From Cirrosporium novae-zelandiae (taxonomy: Eukaryota): a DNA stretch of 64,000 bases. Shown here one piece after another: positions 1 to 13,413 of the stretch (within the stretch, counting starts at the first letter, position 1; every line of letters starts with the position of its first letter). The notes beneath the pieces were generated by a model, which did not search any database, was not told the origin of the DNA, and worked only from the letters and a program-made list of their open reading frames with translations. Made by a program: the position numbers and the translations under genes. The stretch covers positions 744,001 through 808,000 of the forward strand of contig JAPETS010000004.1 of assembly GCA_026023565.1 (NCBI GenBank), written 5' to 3'.

Positions 1-3000
1 AGATCTTTAGCTACAAAACCTCCCGGGGATCCTCACGATAGACGGTTTATTCAGAACGATATTGTAACCTTGGAGGCTGTGACGAACTCATCAAAGTGTG
101 CATCTTTCCTCACAATTTCAAAGTCACAGTTCTTATTCGCTACTTCCAAAAGTAAGACTCTTGTTCCACCAACTCTAAAGAATTATCTAAAATATAAATT
201 AGATCAAATACCCAAGGTAGCTGTAAGGAAATCTAAGAAGGAGGTGGAGGCACTTCTTGGTGGTATATATTCCCCAAGTTTTTCTGTAGGAACCGGGTGT
301 TAACAATAGCGAATTATAGGTCAGAAAGCATTAGGGAGGAAGAAAGTCAAGCTTTCCTCAATGAAGAGAGCTCTTCAAGCTGGGGATAGTGCCTCAAATT
401 TTAATTCCCGTAAAGTTAAAAGTGGTAAGCGATAAAATATCTCAACGGTCATGTTCCCACTAATATGACAATGAACACAGATTTTTCATCTCGTATGTCA
501 ACACAAGGTCAAGTAACATCTGAGTCACCATCGACCTCAACATCCGAGGAGGAAGACGACGATTCCTCGTCATACGTTTCCTCCTCGGATGAAGAAAACG
601 AGGAGTTGGAAATCATGGCGGAACCCTTTCCTTTATCTTCGACAAGACCCTCAGACCCAATAGCTGGTACAGAATATGATGCAGTCAGGATCATCTGGTC
701 TCCCCGAAACAAACAAGTAAGTGAGGAGATGATTAGGAATACCCTTGCATCTTACGGACAATTCATTGTTGGTCTACGGGAGAAGTTGAGGACAGATACA
801 AATACGCTCAAGGAGGCGGAACAGGCGAAACAAGGAGCCAAGATATCAGATCTCAAGAGAAAAACTGACTTGCAGCGAAATAAAATCGACATTGCCCTTA
901 GTGCTGCCACAGAGTATGGTCATGCAGAATATTTATCCAGGTTAGTAATTACTTTCTTCTCTTGGCGGTTCCTTACATCCCTCTCTTGGAGCAGAAGAGA
1001 GCCCCGTAAATGATCTTTTTAATACAACTATGCAAAGCCGATATTATTTAAAGATAAGGTATTTATCAATTATCCGGACCTAGATAACTTGCCTGGTCGT
1101 TTGCATAAGGACTATGTCTAGTTCACCAAAGATGGTCTTGGCTTGAAAGGTTATGGTGATAGATTGTGGTTATTTGCCATGCCGCGGCATGCCTACGATA
1201 TGAAGATTCCCTAAAATTATCTCGTTTGCCCATGAGGCAACATGAGATTAGACTTATTATTGTATTCGTGCCTTCTCGCAGTGCCAAGCAGCCATTAATT
1301 GTCGCCTTAATCAGTATTTGTACTCTTGCTGACAATTAATAATAGACTTGCTCAGCATAAGCAACTTATGGCCGCATTGCAACAGTTGTTAATCGATCGC
1401 TACCAAGAAAAGGATGTCAACAGCGGGTTAACTCTACACATATTAAGAGTAAGGCATGAGGATTACCCCCAGTTACCCATCTCGTTACTTATGGGATATA
1501 GTTGATGACAAATTTCACTGATCTCGATCGGGATACCTTGGAACGATTCAAGCTTGACAAGATAATCCGCTTGATCACCAAGAAAGGTGCTTCTAAAGCA
1601 AGGGAATTCGCTCAAAAGGTTTTGGACAATGCCGACACTCGATCTAAGAAAGGGGATTCTCCTTCTTCCACCACGAAAGCATCAGACAATAAGGGCGTCT
1701 ACATTACTCCATCCCAGATATCCTCCAGTGCTCGCCAAACAGTGGTCTCAAATGCCCTAAAGAGACCCCGAGAAGGTGATAGTGGGCAGCTTCCGCCTCA
1801 GAAAAAGGCAATCCCTTCTGCAAATAAGGCAGTCACTTCTCAGGCTTCAAAGACTAACGGTACTGCCCTAAAGCGTCCATCCCCAGCAGTTGATAGCAAA
1901 ACCGGCTCAGGTAGTTCTATAAGCGCCTCTTCGAAGGTGAAGATTAACCATATATCTGCAAAGCCATCAAGCCTTATTGTCGGCCTTACTTCTGCCTCCA
2001 AAAAGCCAGGAACATCAAATGCAGAAAAGGCTGCAAAAGCTGCAGCAACAAAATCACCGTTAGTCCCCTATACTACCCGAAAACTCGTCAATATTATGCT
2101 GATTGTGTGATGTGTTAGTGGCCAACATGAGGTGAAAAAAGCTTCAACTCCCAAGCCAGTATTTTCCTTTACTCAGATGTTAGCTAACATCAACAAACCT
2201 AAATCGCCACCACCAGAAGAGAAAACGAAGGTTGTCGCACCTCCTGAAACCGAAGAAGAACGGAAAAAGAGATTGCGAAAGGAAGAACGTCGAAAACTAC
2301 GTGTCACATTTAAACCTGATGATAGCTTGACCGAGGTTCGAATCTTCACCCACGATCCGGACGAAGAGATTGGCCATGAAGATAGTATGATGCGTGATAT
2401 TGACGATATTGGTGGCGAGGGCCGAATGCACAAGTTGCATATTGACAAAGATATTTCTGACGAAGAAGAAGAAGCGGGGCTTGGTCCACGTGAAGAGGAG
2501 TTTAAACCTTGGCAGGATCCTTCTCGTATATTTCAGCTCTACCCTAATCCTATTTCGGTAAGCTAATTATCTTCTAGCTATCGATTTCAGTCGTATTGCT
2601 GAACAGTTAAATATCAATTACTTCAAGCGTGGGGGCTCAAAAGAGCCAGAAAGCGAAGAACGGAAATCCCAAGCTGAGCGTGAAGCTACTAAACTGATGG
2701 AGGTATATACGAGCAGAGCTGATATTCCTCCGTCTCCCCGTGAGCCTCAAGACTGCTACTCGCCACCTCCTGCCGAAACACCTTCGTTTGGAAACATTGA
2801 ATTTGGATGGCTCAAGGTGAGATGATTACACCCTTCGCAGACATGTTTACATGCTAACTTCAACTTAGGAACGAGAGAACGGTTCGATAGAGAAATATGG
2901 TCACTTCCCACTTGGTAGTCACCAAACGTCCGTGATGCCTCCAGCTATCTCGCAATCTTTACCTCAAGCCACATCACATGCTGTACCGCAATTTGATATC

Positions 3001-3607
3001 ACAGCCCTGGCTCGGCTTCTGGCGCCACAACAACAACCTACTCCCCAGTTACCTATTCAGCAACAACCAGCTGCTCCGTCTCAACTAGAGAAAGTTTTTG
3101 CAATGTTTAGCAATACACAAAGTCAACCTCAGGTTCAGCCACCTCCTCAGCCAAACCCCGTGGCCTCAAGCTTCAACCTTGCCGGAATCCTCTCGTCGTT
3201 AAACTCGCAAGTTCAGGTACCTGTACCACCACAGCCGCAATCCCAGCCACAATTTAACTTTACCCAACCTCCCACTTTACAAGATATTCTATCACAATTC
3301 CAGCAGCCTGGTATGCAACAGCCTATGTACAACGGCTATCAGAGTCAACATCAAGGTTCAAATGAGAATGACAGAAAAAGACAACGAGGAAGTGGAAATG
3401 GACAGGACTATGATGATTATAATAACGGTGATCATGGTTATGGTAAAAGGGCAAAGGCGTCTAATGGAAAGAAAGGTTACCGGGTAAGAATGATATTCAC
3501 TTTAGATATGGTTATGTACTAAATTTTCTCTATAGAAGATTAGGTGCAAATGGTTTGCGCAGGGGAACTGCAGATACGGCGACGAATGTACTTACCTTCA
3601 CGAATAG
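1..3607 (+). CDS. PNUTS/Ref2/Ppn1-like PP1 regulatory protein (multi-exon, 5' end outside window)
   Basis: Exon pieces in ORFs 465-1013, 1502-2110, 2132-2566, 2932-3522; TFIIS-N-like helix (TLERFKLDKIIRLITKKG); PP1-docking RVxF motif KLRVTFKPDDSLTEVRIF; last exon encodes CCCH finger CKWFAQGNCRYGDECTYLHE with TAG at 3605-3607. Confidence 0.75.
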
Positions 3608-3883
3608 GCAACAGTGTCCTTGTTACGTCATCCGTATAGCATTTGTGGGGGAAGCATATACCATCAGTTGGGCGTTCGGTGGTTTGATAGGAATTCAGGC
3701 ATGAGAATCGCATGGGTGATACCACACAACTGGCATGTTTGCTAGGCGTCTGAAAGGGTTCTATTATCGCATCTTCGGGCGTATGATCATACAAAAAACA
3801 GACCCTTAGAGCAACAATATCAACAAGCAGAGTGAGTTTATCGTACTACGACAGGAATGGGACAAGCGAGGCATTTTTTTTTT

Positions 3884-3918
3884 CTTCTTCTTCTTCTTCT
3901 TCTTCTTCTTCTTCTTCT
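3884..3918. repeat. (CTT)~12 microsatellite preceded by a T10 run
   Basis: Read directly. Confidence 0.95.
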
Positions 3919-4592
3919 CATTCATGTACTCATTCTCCTTCTCTTTTTTATTTCATGGGCTTACCTCTTTAGAGCACGAACGGGAGCCTAACCTAAGGCA
4001 AAGCATTTTTCGTTTTTATTCTCGGCTATACTGGCTTGTTGGTTTGTAACCTTGATACGTTTAAACCTAACTTTTTTTTTCCCTCCTTTGCTTCTTGTGT
4101 TTTCCTCTCCCCTGAATAGAGGGAGTGGTTTTTTTTCGTTGCTCTGTATTGTATATAAAAAATTAAACAACAATGAAGTTTTGGAATTTTGGAGTTGAGA
4201 TGTTTATTATGAACTTTTTCCTAGCTGAGCTTGCTTAAGGCATGTACTGTAAATATATGGTTATGCCCTAATTAGCGTGAACTATACGCTTATATGTACA
4301 GTACCGTAGATTAGAGACGTATTATTGATTATTAGATACCTAGGTAATTACACTTAGCGAGTAAACTTAACTTGGTTGAAAAAAACCATTTGATTTTTTT
4401 TAAACTTTTTAAAGCAAAGAGAGAGTGCTGGTAACGTTTAAAGCCTTAATTCACTTCGTGACGTACAATTCCTTGTCAACACCATTGTTTATTTAAAGAA
4501 CTCCTACTATGCAATGTGTGTGTGTGTGTTTGTCTAGACGTTTTATTCGGCTTGATTAAGTGACCGTAAAAGCATTTCTTTTCCTTTTCTTT

Positions 4593-6621
4593 TTAAACTA
4601 TACTGCTATTGTTCACGCGTGGGACCTTTTCGTCCCCATCGTTGTCCCCACCAGCAGCATCTATTTCCGTTTCCGTTTCCGTTTCCCGGGTCCCATGGTC
4701 CACGTGCACACCGTCGATGACCGCCATCTGCGCTTCTGAAACCTTCGCCTCGAATCCGTATGCCACGTCATCGCCGGGGACTTTCCAGATCCTCCCCATG
4801 AGGAGATAGGAAAGCCCGCCCATGAGGAAACTCAGAATCCAGCCGAGCACGAACATGTGCTCGGCGGCTGCACCTACTGAATGTCCAAACGAAGCGATGA
4901 ACCCCGGTAAGGGTAACGCAAAGCCTGCCACGAAAGCGAGGAAGGCGCGCGGGTTGAAGCCGTGGATGTAGTGGTATTGGGAGCTGGGGGCTGTGCTGTA
5001 GAGGGCGGTGATGTTGATGTTGCCATTGCGGAGGAGGAAGTAGTCTACTATCATGATGGAGACGATGGAGCCTTGGAAGATGGAGTAGCCGGATAGGAAG
5101 GTTAGGAAGCTGTTTGCTGTTGCGACGATATTCCAGGGGGTTATGGAGAAGGCGATGATTGTGCAGAGAAGTTGGCCTCGGATTATGTTTATATATTTTG
5201 GGAAGAGGCTGGTTATGTCGGCTGCGAAGGGTGTCTGGGGAGGGGAGGGGGTTGGTTAGTTAGCTTTGGTTGGAAAGGGTTGGGGTTGGGATGGGGGGAC
5301 GAACGATATTGCAGGCTATGGAGGTGCCCATGGTGGCAAAGGCCCAGGAAGCGCTGGCGAAGAAGACGCCCGCACGAGATTTTGGAGTGCAAGTGTGGTT
5401 GAGAATTCCGTCTAGGAGGTCGTATGTGTTCCAGTAAGTTTCACCATACATGTGCTGGACGGCGGACTAGGGTTGGGCGTGTGTGTAAGTAGTGAAGCGG
5501 ATAGGTGAGGGGAATAGGGGATGGATTTACTGTTGTAATGATGCCGAACGCTGAGCAGATGACACCAGAGAATGGTAGGCCGAACGCTTGGCCCCAGAGC
5601 TGGGCGTTCTTGGTTTTCGAGTACCGCGCTAGATCGGGGACGGTTACCAGCAAGGCGGAGTTTGCGCCCATCACGCTGTTGAATTGACCGACGATTCCCC
5701 ACGCGAAGACTGCGGTAGAGGTTCTTGTGGAGGTGTCCACAAGGTTGTCGGCACTGACGCTTCCCTAGTTGCATTTCTGTGAGCAAGGTTCTCTCGGAAA
5801 GGGAGGTTTGGATACTTACATTCGCCGTGGTAGCCCAGCAGACGATCCCAAGACCGGTGAGTGGGATGAGGAAGGACTTTATAGTGAAAATATATCTGAT
5901 CTTGGTAGTGTGGATGAACATGAATGGGATGGTGAAGAGGAAGGCGAGGAAAAACCCAACCATGTCCGTCGTAGTGATATGTTGGCTGGCTGGTATCTGG
6001 TTGGGGATTTTTGCCCATCCTGGGAAGATACAGCGGAGGCAGATGGAGATGAATTTGCCTTCAAAGTACATCTGGACGCCTCCCTATAAAGGGTTTTAGG
6101 TGAGTTGGAGGGAAACGGGTGTAGGGGCTTACCCAAATTATACCCAGAATGCTTCTTAGAATCACACTGAAGTACTGACCATACATGCCGAAACTGATAC
6201 GAGTCAAGACAGGAAATCCCACATGATATCGGGAAGCTGCTCTCCCATTTAATACAATCTGTCCAAGGTTAGTTAGAGTTTTATTAACCATATATATTGA
6301 TAGACAAATAATGCTCACGATAATTGCGGAGAGGGTATTGGCAAATAACACAACGAGTAGAGCATCCCTGACGGTAGCTCCTAGTGCGATTAGAGATGAT
6401 CCAATCGACCATGTCGACACAGCCCATGACTCGCTCCACCAGTAGGAAAAAAAAGACCAGGTATCCCAGGTCCATCTATCCGGGGGCGATGGGAGCAAGT
6501 CCTCATTTACCAGCCTGGAAGATGAACTCTTGAGAATCAGGGCTTGATGGAATGCATGCGGAGAGGAGAAGGCATGCTTAGCGCGCGCCCAGCAGGAGTG
6601 GGAATGTAATGATGCAGCCAT
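4593..6621 (-). CDS. NCS1 nucleobase:cation symporter (Fur4/Dal4-like), multi-exon
   Basis: Motifs LVNEDLLPSPPDRWTW..FFSYWWSESW, YHVGFPVLTRISFGMYG, PDLARYSK, MIVDYF..NGNI, GFNPRAFLAF; several GT-AG introns. Confidence 0.92.
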
Positions 6622-7127
6622 CGGAGGATAAATGAAGATGAATAACGATGTAAGAAATTGATCATGTCCATCATCTTTAATAAATGAGGTTCAATTATAT
6701 CTTAATTCAACTGCATCATGATTTCACAAATCTAAGGATCATTTAGCTATAGCTACATTATCTTTAAGATACGTCAAACTCCGAGCAGAGGCCGTATCTA
6801 ATTGTGGATCCTTTCTTGTCCATTCTTGTCCCCAACGTGGGATAAGAAAGGTCAAAGCTATTACTACCACGTGACTACTTACTTGTTTCATTGGCTCGTT
6901 GCATGGGTTTGATAGACCTGATAGGCGTCAGGAGCTAAACAATACTAAATCGTCTTAGTTGGATGGGGGGGACTAGGACTGGGATCGGGGGTATTGGGGG
7001 GTACACAGGCAGGCTACAGCTTATTGATATACAGTACATAGAATATATTTATGTATAACTATAGAGCCATTGAATATTATCCTTTAAAATCTTTTGAATC
7101 AATTGAGATCATTATATTTTCTACATC

Positions 7128-8205
7128 ATGGCTGAAAATGGCCCATTAGAATCAATTCAAGGGGGGAAGGCCTGGTACTACTGTGATCCTCCCATGAATT
7201 TAGGCGAGGCTCCTATCTATCGAGCTTCTGATTCTACTCTCCATTGGGTTGATTGTCTCTGTGAACCTCCAGAGCTGCATATCCTCAAAGTTGATCCTGT
7301 GACTGGTGATGCGATAGGACGTGCTAGGGTTCTCAAGCTTGAGGATAGCGTGACCGTTCAATTCTTTCGGAAAAATGTACCTGGAAGCTATATCTGCGCT
7401 TATTATCAAGGCGTCGCTTTTATGGACGAGGCAACCGGGAAGCTTCAAATCCTGAAAGAAATTATTCCAACCGACCAACGGAACAAACTGCGGTTCAACG
7501 ATGGGGGCGTAGACGGTGAGCCCTCTAAGTCAGACTCTCACCATTAAATCTAGATATCTAATTCTTGCAGCCAAGGGCCGCTTCTGGTTGGCAGAGATTG
7601 ACAAGAAAGCAATGGCATTTGGTCCGAATAAACTGCCTGCAGACTATGGAGAGCCCAAGGGACGTCTATGGCGTTATGATCCGGACGGAAGTCTTCATCA
7701 GATGGAAAAAGGCTTGGTCTGTGGTAATGGATTAGCATGGTCGCCAGATAACAGGACAATGTACTTGAACGATAGCGTTGCCATGATGGTTTTTGCATAT
7801 GATTTCGACCTGGAGACAGGAAGCATGTCAAATAAGAGATTGTTCATTGATCGAAGGTCGACATTTGGAGAGCCAGATGGCATGGTTGTTGAGTAAGTCC
7901 TACCCGGATGACCCCTTGAACTTACTGACATATTGAAAAGCACAGAAGGCAGTCTATGGATTGCTGTTTTCGCTTCAAATAGAATAATGGTCTTCTCACC
8001 AGAAGGAAAACACTTGAAAGATATAGTGTACTCGGCCTATAACCCTGCTTGCACGACTTGGGGAGGAAAGGACCTCAATATTTTGTACATGGCCAGTGGA
8101 AAAGACAAGAACCCAAGTGCTAAAGTGGATGATGAAGGAGGGCACATGTTCATATATAAGCCCAAGGATACCAAAGGGTATGCCAAGTTTGAATTTGACG
8201 GATAA
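7128..8205 (+). CDS. SMP-30/gluconolactonase/regucalcin-family protein, 3 exons
   Basis: LGEAPIY..LHWVD, RFNDGGVD, CGNGLAWSPD..MYLNDS, GEPDGMVV, PACTTWGG. Confidence 0.93.
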
Positions 8206-8385
8206 TCTACTGTAATCCGCAAGTCGGCGGTAATGGCGGGGGCAGGGGGTAAATACTTTGCTACCACAGCTCGTGGTACTAAAGGTTGATGCCTAGGTGC
8301 CTGGATACCTGGATATCTGCAACTTAGCCTATTAGTTTAGTTTTCCAATTCATGACTCTTCCCATAATTTCATTCCGTAAGAGAA

Positions 8386-10739
8386 ATGCAAGCTTCCAAT
8401 AATAAAGAAAGAAATTATGTTTGCAACTTTCCTGGTTGTGACAAAGCATTTTATCGATCCGAACATCTCTCCAGGCATCGACTTAATCGTAAGATTCAAT
8501 CAAGCCTTCCATAGACACCATTGGTCGGCTAACTTAAATACCATGATGTTTAGATCGTCCCAAAAAGGTGTTTTCGTGTACAAAATGTCCAAAAGAGTTT
8601 GTGCGACTGGATCTCCTACAAAGGCATTTGAGGCGCCATGAAAAGGGAATGTGGTTTCGAAATATTGGAGGCGTTGTGAATGCTGCTCCTGAAACTCAAG
8701 ATGAGGATGCAGCTTCCTCAAGTAAGGGTCAAACAACTACACCAAGTATTAAAGAGGATGATACCATCAGTCCAGTGGGCACAATAAATGCCCGTCAGAT
8801 TGGAGGAGCAAACTCGCTCTTCTTTGATGCTTCAACAGAAATGCAGGATGTCCCTACCGATCTTGGTTGGCTCTTTCAAGATACCCCTCTACAATCCTTT
8901 GAGAACCCAGAACTTCTTGGAACTATAAATACACCATCACCAGATTTATATGGTTCTCTACCGCCTTTGTATTTCCAGACGCCTTCGATAATACCTCCAT
9001 CTCTACCAACAGACCCCTGGTTAACTGCTCGTTCCAGGTTGATCGCAAGCCTAGGAAGTCTTCCTCCATCACTATTGGAATCTTCATTTTTCTATCCTCA
9101 AAATCTGTCTTCATTTTATGATTTATATTTTGAAAATTATCATCCCCATTTCCCTATCCTTCACCGGCCTTCCTTTTCCCCTACTGATGCATCTCCATTT
9201 CTTATCGCATCACTAGTCACCCTGGGATCGACTCTGGCTCCAGATGTGACGTTCTTTAACATTGCTAAAAAGATTCACGATCAACTACGGTGGATTATCT
9301 TTGGTGTACGTAGATAATTAACCATTCTGAATATCGCTTACGATTGTAGACCGGTACATTTGAGCCCCCTGCCCCACTTTGGTGTCTCCAAGCATTGCTT
9401 CTTATTCAAGCATTTGAGAAAATGTTCTCAACGAGGAAGCATCATGAATTATGTAAGTATTATTTAATTGCTTTCACTCCCAACCGTGTATTAAAGTGCT
9501 AATATGAGCTTCTTATCAGCGTCAATATTTCATTCTTCAATTATCACAGTAAGTTGGTCGGCACCTTATTGGATCTTCTAACCATTCATAGTTGATGAGA
9601 CGAGGAAGTGCCTATACTGCTCTTTCACCGATAGAAAACGACAACTCTACATCTCTAGAAAAATCTTGGTATCAATGGATTGACAACGAATCTTCAAGGC
9701 GAACAGCTTTTTTTGCATTCATAATGGATGCCCAACATGCTGCAATATTCGGTATGATTACAGCCTTGAGACAGTTTACTGGCTTCGATTGGCTAAGAGA
9801 CGCATAGGTCATACCCCTGTGCTTTCGGCAGTGGACATTCGATTACCATTGCCGTGTCCTGATACTCTTTGGGACTGTCCAACGCCCGACCAGTGGGAGA
9901 AGATGAACCAAACTACACCAGAATCACCACAATTCCTGCCCACATTAAGGGCCTTGCTTCGGAAGATACCAATACCTTCGGTTTGTAGTGCCTTCTCTAG
10001 GTTCATTCTGCTGCACGGACTCTTTAGCGTTATCACCCACCTTCAAACGCGGGATTCAATGACTTTAGGAGTCGGGGTGGGAAGAAGCCCACGGCACTCT
10101 TCTACTTCACCTTCTATAGAGGATTGGAAAGATATTCTCGGTCGAGCAATTGATACGTGGTCCTTTTCGTTACTTTCTACAACCCCATCCCTATGCGTAG
10201 AGGCCGCTCGGCCTCTTCATCGAATGGCACATATCATCATGCACGCAAATCTTATAGATTTTCACATTGTAGCAGGAGCTCCGTCCCTTTTAGGGAGTTT
10301 GCTTTCTAGGAATGATTACGCAAAAGCAAAGAGTCGGGTACGTGCTTGGAGCGAGAGTTTTGAGGCAAGTAAAACTCTTGTTCATTGCTTGTTTTTGGTT
10401 CGAGAGACAATCTTTACAAACAGACAATATCGAGCATGGGAAGACAACATACAGTTGCGACCTTGGAGTTTGTATCATGCTACTCTAATTTTGTGGGCAT
10501 ACGGTTTTATGGTAGAAGGTAAAGCAGAGGAAGATTCCCCAATAGTCCCAGCGGAAGAGTATCTGGTACGAATGATGTGCTCGGTAGATAGGCAGCCAAC
10601 AAACATCAAAGGGGCTAACCAGACGCGCGGTTTGATATTAGCCGTCCGGGATTGCTTCGAGGGATGTAGATGGGAATTGGTGGAAGAGGCTTATGTGACA
10701 CTTGGAAGACTGATTGGTATTTCAGGACATGAAGTATGA
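8386..10739 (+). CDS. C2H2 zinc-finger plus fungal-specific transcription factor domain protein
   Basis: Exon 1 YVCNFPGCDKAFYRSEHLSRHRLNH; second finger CTKCPKEFVRLDLLQRHLRRH; YFENYHPHFPILHRPSF; WIDNESSRRTAF; LPLPCPDTLW. Confidence 0.9.
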
Positions 10740-10893
10740 TGGAATTTTAATTTCTGGAATTTAATTCGTCTATCCCTGTGCCGATTTCTTCCGTTATAAC
10801 ATGGCGATACTCTCGACGTTCTTCCCCGTCGATGTTCGGCGGCTTCTGTTTAACAGTCTTAACCAAAGGTTTCTTCCTAAAGAACCTACACCC

Positions 10894-11383
10894 TTACTGC
10901 AAGGCAATGCATTCGATTTCGACGTCGGCACCTCCTGGAAGTTTTGCGACAGCGACACAGCTATTTCAAGTTAGTCCAATGCAACTTTTACAAACTCCAG
11001 GAATCATAGGGACTAACGTTCGGCAAGGCTTGACATCTCCCCAGTATTGCATGTACACTTCGTTGACAGCGGCAAAATCATCCATGTTCATGAGGAACAC
11101 ATTGACCTTGACTACTTTCTCAAGGCTTGAGCCAGCAGCTTCCAAGACAAAACCTAGGTTCTGGATGGCACGGTGCTACTTCAACATTAGTCGAGAAACT
11201 ACCTTTCTGAAATCATTCACCCACAGTCTGAGCTTGAACATCGCCATCAATTAGTTTGTTGGTAGCAGGGTCTATAGCTGTACATCCCGAGCAATAAACT
11301 GTTGGGCCATTGGCAATAATAGCTGGAGAGAAGAAAGGAAGAGGCTTGGGCGCCTTGTCGGAAAAAACTGCTTGCTTCGACAT
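10894..11383 (-). CDS. RidA/YjgF/UK114-family enamine/imine deaminase, 3 exons (absent from ORF track)
   Basis: Manual translation: MSKQAVFSDKAPKPLPFFSPAIIANG..VYCSG..IDPAT.., NLGFVLEAAGSSLEKVVKVNVFLMNMDDFAAVNEVY, KPCRT/CVAVAKLPGGADVEIECIALQ*. Confidence 0.93.
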
Positions 11384-11623
11384 TTTGTGATTGTTGTAAG
11401 ATTCAGGAACTGCTCTAGTTTGCTACGATTAATGGGAATGTGTCCCACGCTTTTTAAAAGGGCGTGGAGAGTTTGACCCACCAACAGAGGATTTGGATCT
11501 CCGTTCCGATAATCGCTTTACGAGTTATGATTCCATGGGCGATCCACATTGTGCCCAATTTGCCAATATTGGAAGAATCAGTGGGGGATGTAAACAGCCG
11601 GCAGCCCACTTAAGCAGGGATCC

Positions 11624-11634
11624 GATAAGATAAG
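11624..11634 (+). promoter_or_regulatory. Tandem GATAAG sites (candidate AreA/Nit2 binding) in RidA/hydrolase divergent promoter
   Basis: GATAAGATAAG at 11624-11634; another GATAA at 11508. Confidence 0.45.
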
Positions 11635-11787
11635 CAATAATGAGCTCATAAATTTGACCACAAACATGGTCAACAACACCCACGGTGCAGCTATTAATAT
11701 AGCTATCTTGACAGGCAAGTAACCCATTTTTTTACCATTGCTATTCATTGTAATATTCTATAAAATACATTTTTAACAATTGTTAAC

Positions 11788-12865
11788 ATGTCAGGTATTG
11801 TCGACACTGCACAAGGCCCACAACCTCCTTATCCGTTGCATGAAAGTGTGAAGGATCGCCTTGACCCCGAATATGTTTCTTTCTACAACAAACACATTAT
11901 TAATAATCAACAAGTACACTACCAACCTGTCGCTGCTTCTCGGACTTCAGGAATCTTAATACCTGGAGGTGGCCCCCTCGTCCCCGTTGGCAACACAGAA
12001 GATTTCTCTATCAAACGAATAGAAACAGAAGGCCCCGATGTCAAAGTTCGAGTCTTTACGCCCACAGGCGAGAAGCCAGAGAATGGGTGGCCGGTGATGG
12101 TGTATTATCATGGAGGAGGCTGGGTGTTGGGAACAATTGATACCGAGAATACTGTTTGTACCAATATGTGTGCTAGGGCCAACTGCGTTGTTGTGAATGC
12201 GGATTACCGGTTATTTAACCCCTATAAATATTCACTTTGCATCCCATTAACACTCTTATAGTCTGGCACCTGAATATCCTTTTCCAGCTTGTGTTGAAGA
12301 CTCCTGGGAAGCTCTGCTTTGGATCGTTACTCTTGCTGTTCCCCTCCTCTCCCTCGACATTTCTCGCATGGCAATTGGTGGCTCCTCCGCTGGAGGTAAC
12401 CTCGCCGCCATCATGACCCACAAAGCTCTCGCACGCCCTAATGATATTCCTCCCTTCAAGAAGCAACTCCTCGTTGTACCTGTTATGGATAATACCGCCA
12501 CAGTCGAGACCAATTGGGCATACAAAGAGTTTGAAAACACTGCAGCCTTGCCGTCAATAAAAATGATTTGGTATCGCAAGCATTACCTGCCAAATGACGC
12601 GGACTGGAATCACCCAGAGGCAAGTCCGATATTTTATGATGATGACTGGTCAAAATTACCACCAGCGGTGGTCACGGTAGGAGAGCTAGATGTACTTAGA
12701 GCGGAGGGAGAGGCATATGCGGAGAAGTTGCAGAAGGCAGGCGTGAAGGCAGAACTACATGTGATGAAGGGGATGCCACATCCATTTTTAGCCATGGATG
12801 GGATTTTAGAAGCGGGGAAGCAGGCTATTACTTATTTATGCGAGGGACTTGAGGAGTCGCTATAA
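11788..12865 (+). CDS. Alpha/beta hydrolase, HSL/esterase family, 2 exons
   Basis: YYHGGGWVLG, DYR|LAPEYPFPACVED, GGSSAGGNLA, ELDVLRAEG, MPHPF. Confidence 0.93.
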
Positions 12866-13321
12866 TAATATATATAGACTTGACATAAAGCAAGGAGGCC
12901 AAGCTGTCGCTGGCCACTTGCTTTTAACAATCATTAATATAAAGATAAATTAAGGTGGAGAAATCAATGTTGGTCGATATTTCTGGGAAATCGCCCCTGT
13001 TGCTGGAGATTATCCCGGATTGCCTTAAATCACAAGGATCACGGGAAGACGTATGAGCTACAGTATTAGCTACTCACGTGCCATTCTAGATTTTAGTCGC
13101 AGTCATCATATCATATCCATTAGACTAATCGTTGAATTGTAGTCAGTTACCGTAGCATAAAAGTCCTGAGAACTTGGTTTTGATTAGGGTCCGGCTCGCC
13201 CCTAGCCCCCGCCACCGATGCCACTTTTCTCACTAACCAAGCCCTCCACCCACCCTCGGCCCCAAGGGTATATAACCACATCAGCTCGTCAACAAAACAA
13301 CAATCCAATAAACGAATCCTC

Positions 13322-13413
13322 GCTTGAGTAGTTCAGGGGTAGAATTCGAGCTTCCCATTTCCTTCCAAATTTTGTGTTTGCTCGAGGCCGGAGTTCGAGT
13401 CTCCGTTCAAGCA
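13322..13413 (+). tRNA. tRNA-Gly(CCC) with 21-nt intron (13358-13378)
   Basis: Acceptor GCTTGAG/TTCAAGC+A, D stem GTTC/GAAT, anticodon stem CGAGC/GCTCG with CCC at 13354-13356, T arm CGGAG-TTCGAGT-CTCCG, T6 terminator; 71 nt after intron removal. Confidence 0.9.

Noticed and set aside
10778..11254. 158-aa plus ORF and similar antisense ORFs throughout the window
   Set aside because: Antisense shadows of real genes (here RidA)
13181..13335. Solo LTR (TG..TATAA..AATAAA..CA)
   Set aside because: No target-site duplication, and the apparent end lies inside tRNA-Gly; it is the tRNA 5' flank
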